A DNA stretch of 63,583 nt, the filler included. It is 9 parts of 9 records of this genome, joined end to end, with 100 filler letters (N's around TTAATTAATTAA, not from the genome) between each part and the next. Parts side by side here need not be neighbours in the genome. Positions count along the whole stretch, not along the records: positions 55,505 to 63,583 come from SRR31147125_46537; 8 more parts are not named here. The stretch is one strand, 5' to 3'. Position numbers and translations under genes: made by a program. Positions 62,786-63,583 of this stretch are shown in pieces. The notes below the pieces were generated by a model. That model saw only the letters and a list, made by a program, of their open reading frames with translations. It had not been told where the DNA came from and did not search any database. The stretch's first letter is position 1. Each line of letters begins with the position of its first letter.

Positions 62786-63490
62786 TTACTCATTTTTATG
62801 AGCAAGACGTTCACTGATTTTGGCGGCTTGCTCTTTATCAATATTTTCGAGCAGCTTTGATGCCTTTCTCTCGGCAATTCTGGAAATGATGTCACTGGCC
62901 ACTTTGATATCCATTTGACTGAGCACCTCACCGGCCCGCTCAGGATCCATCTTGGCGTAAACCGCGGCCATATGACTCATCTTTTTTTCATAGGCAGCGT
63001 TTTTTTCCCGCTCAATGGCCAGCTCTTTATCACTTTTGGCCTTCTGAATTCTGTCCAGATCGTCTTTGATCTGTTTTTTCAGCTGTTCCAGTTTTTCAAT
63101 TTTTTCATCCAGCTCTTCTTTAAAGTTTTCAAGGGCTTTTTTCTCTTCCGCCAGCCCCTCTTCTTCCAATCGAAGCGCCTCTTTCCGCTCTTCAAGGCCG
63201 TCTAAAACAAATTTTGCCGGATCCGGACACTCCGGGCATTCCGGACATGGATTCTCTTCACCTTCGGCGCCCTCCCCTTCCGCAGCAGCGTCACCGTCTG
63301 CATCTGATGCTTCAGGCTGCTCTTCATCGGCTGCAAATGCGGAAGTGACCATCAAATTTATCGGCAAGCGTGTTGGGTTGAGTTTCGAATTCAGCCGGGG
63401 AAAAATCCCTGATTTCAAGGTAACCGTAATCATCAATGTCAATATCAGTACTACCGAAACGCTTAATATTCTCCATTTATGCTCAATCAT
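62786..63490 (-). CDS. MotE/YlxF-like flagellar protein (MgtE N-terminal-like)
   Basis: TM helix, CPECPECP, coiled coil, YAKMDPERAGEVL..ASKLL. Confidence 0.8.
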   Translation of the reverse strand: MIEHKWRILSVSVVLILTLMITVTLKSGIFPRLNSKLNPTRLPINLMVTSAFAADEEQPEASDADGDAAAEGEGAEGEENPCPECPECPDPAKFVLDGLEERKEALRLEEEGLAEEKKALENFKEELDEKIEKLEQLKKQIKDDLDRIQKAKSDKELAIEREKNAAYEKKMSHMAAVYAKMDPERAGEVLSQMDIKVASDIISRIAERKASKLLENIDKEQAAKISERLAHKNE

Positions 63491-63582
63491 TGGTTGCCTC
63501 CCTTGCCTTTTTGAGTGATGCAATATCATCCGCCGTCTTTTGCTCTTCCATCATCATCTCTTCGATATATTGGGCTCTTTTT
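63483..63582 (-). CDS. fliJ: Probable FliJ C-terminus, 5' partial
   Basis: KRAQYIEEMMMEEQKTADDIA..., EQK..D motif; fliJ-motE-fliK order. Confidence 0.6.
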   Translation of the reverse strand, partial: KRAQYIEEMMMEEQKTADDIASLKKAREATND

Positions 63583-63583
63583 T

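Overview
The window is not one locus. It is nine unrelated contigs joined by 100-nt spacers (N44-TTAATTAATTAA-N44), apparently from several anaerobic bacteria; the taxonomic assignments below are inferences. (1) 1-7604, low-GC Firmicute-like: Gx transporter, cheD, 8-oxoguanine-deaminase-like amidohydrolase, apbE, a PAS/GAF-GGDEF-EAL protein, and a glycine-betaine ABC binding protein behind a ~245-nt terminator-ended leader. (2) 7705-14712: LarA-family protein, divergent TIM, Rpe-like epimerase, serine hydrolase, an ArsR/metal permease pair and three copies of a 22-bp repeat. (3) 14813-20698: inositol catabolism. (4) 20799-28407, Desulfuromonadales-like: PBP1A, pyk, queC, folE2, DUF2064, tolQRA. 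(5) 28508-35085: RlmK-like MTase, a sigma54 ferredoxin-rubrerythrin-triheme cytochrome unit, a TVP38/flavoprotein fusion and an FAD oxidoreductase. (6) 35186-40561: tRNA-Gln fragment, ispE, DUF1844, PPTase, ADP-forming acetate-CoA ligase, cooC. (7) 40662-49998: GH130 mannoside-phosphorylase locus with several uncharacterised secreted proteins. (8) 50099-55404: cyclase, RidA, decayed gene fragments with attC-like motifs, and a solute-binding protein plus membrane-anchored sigma54 activator. (9) 55505-63583: an enlarged flagellar hook system (999-aa FlgE, duplicated-domain FlgD, repeat-bearing FliK). Many genes, including essential ispE, are split at homopolymers, which points to sequencing error. 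The best novelty candidates are the osmolyte-transporter leader RNA, the LarA(His174->Asn)/TIM/epimerase pathway, the GH130 locus, the enlarged hook system and the 22-bp repeat. No CRISPR array, rRNA or intact transposase was found.
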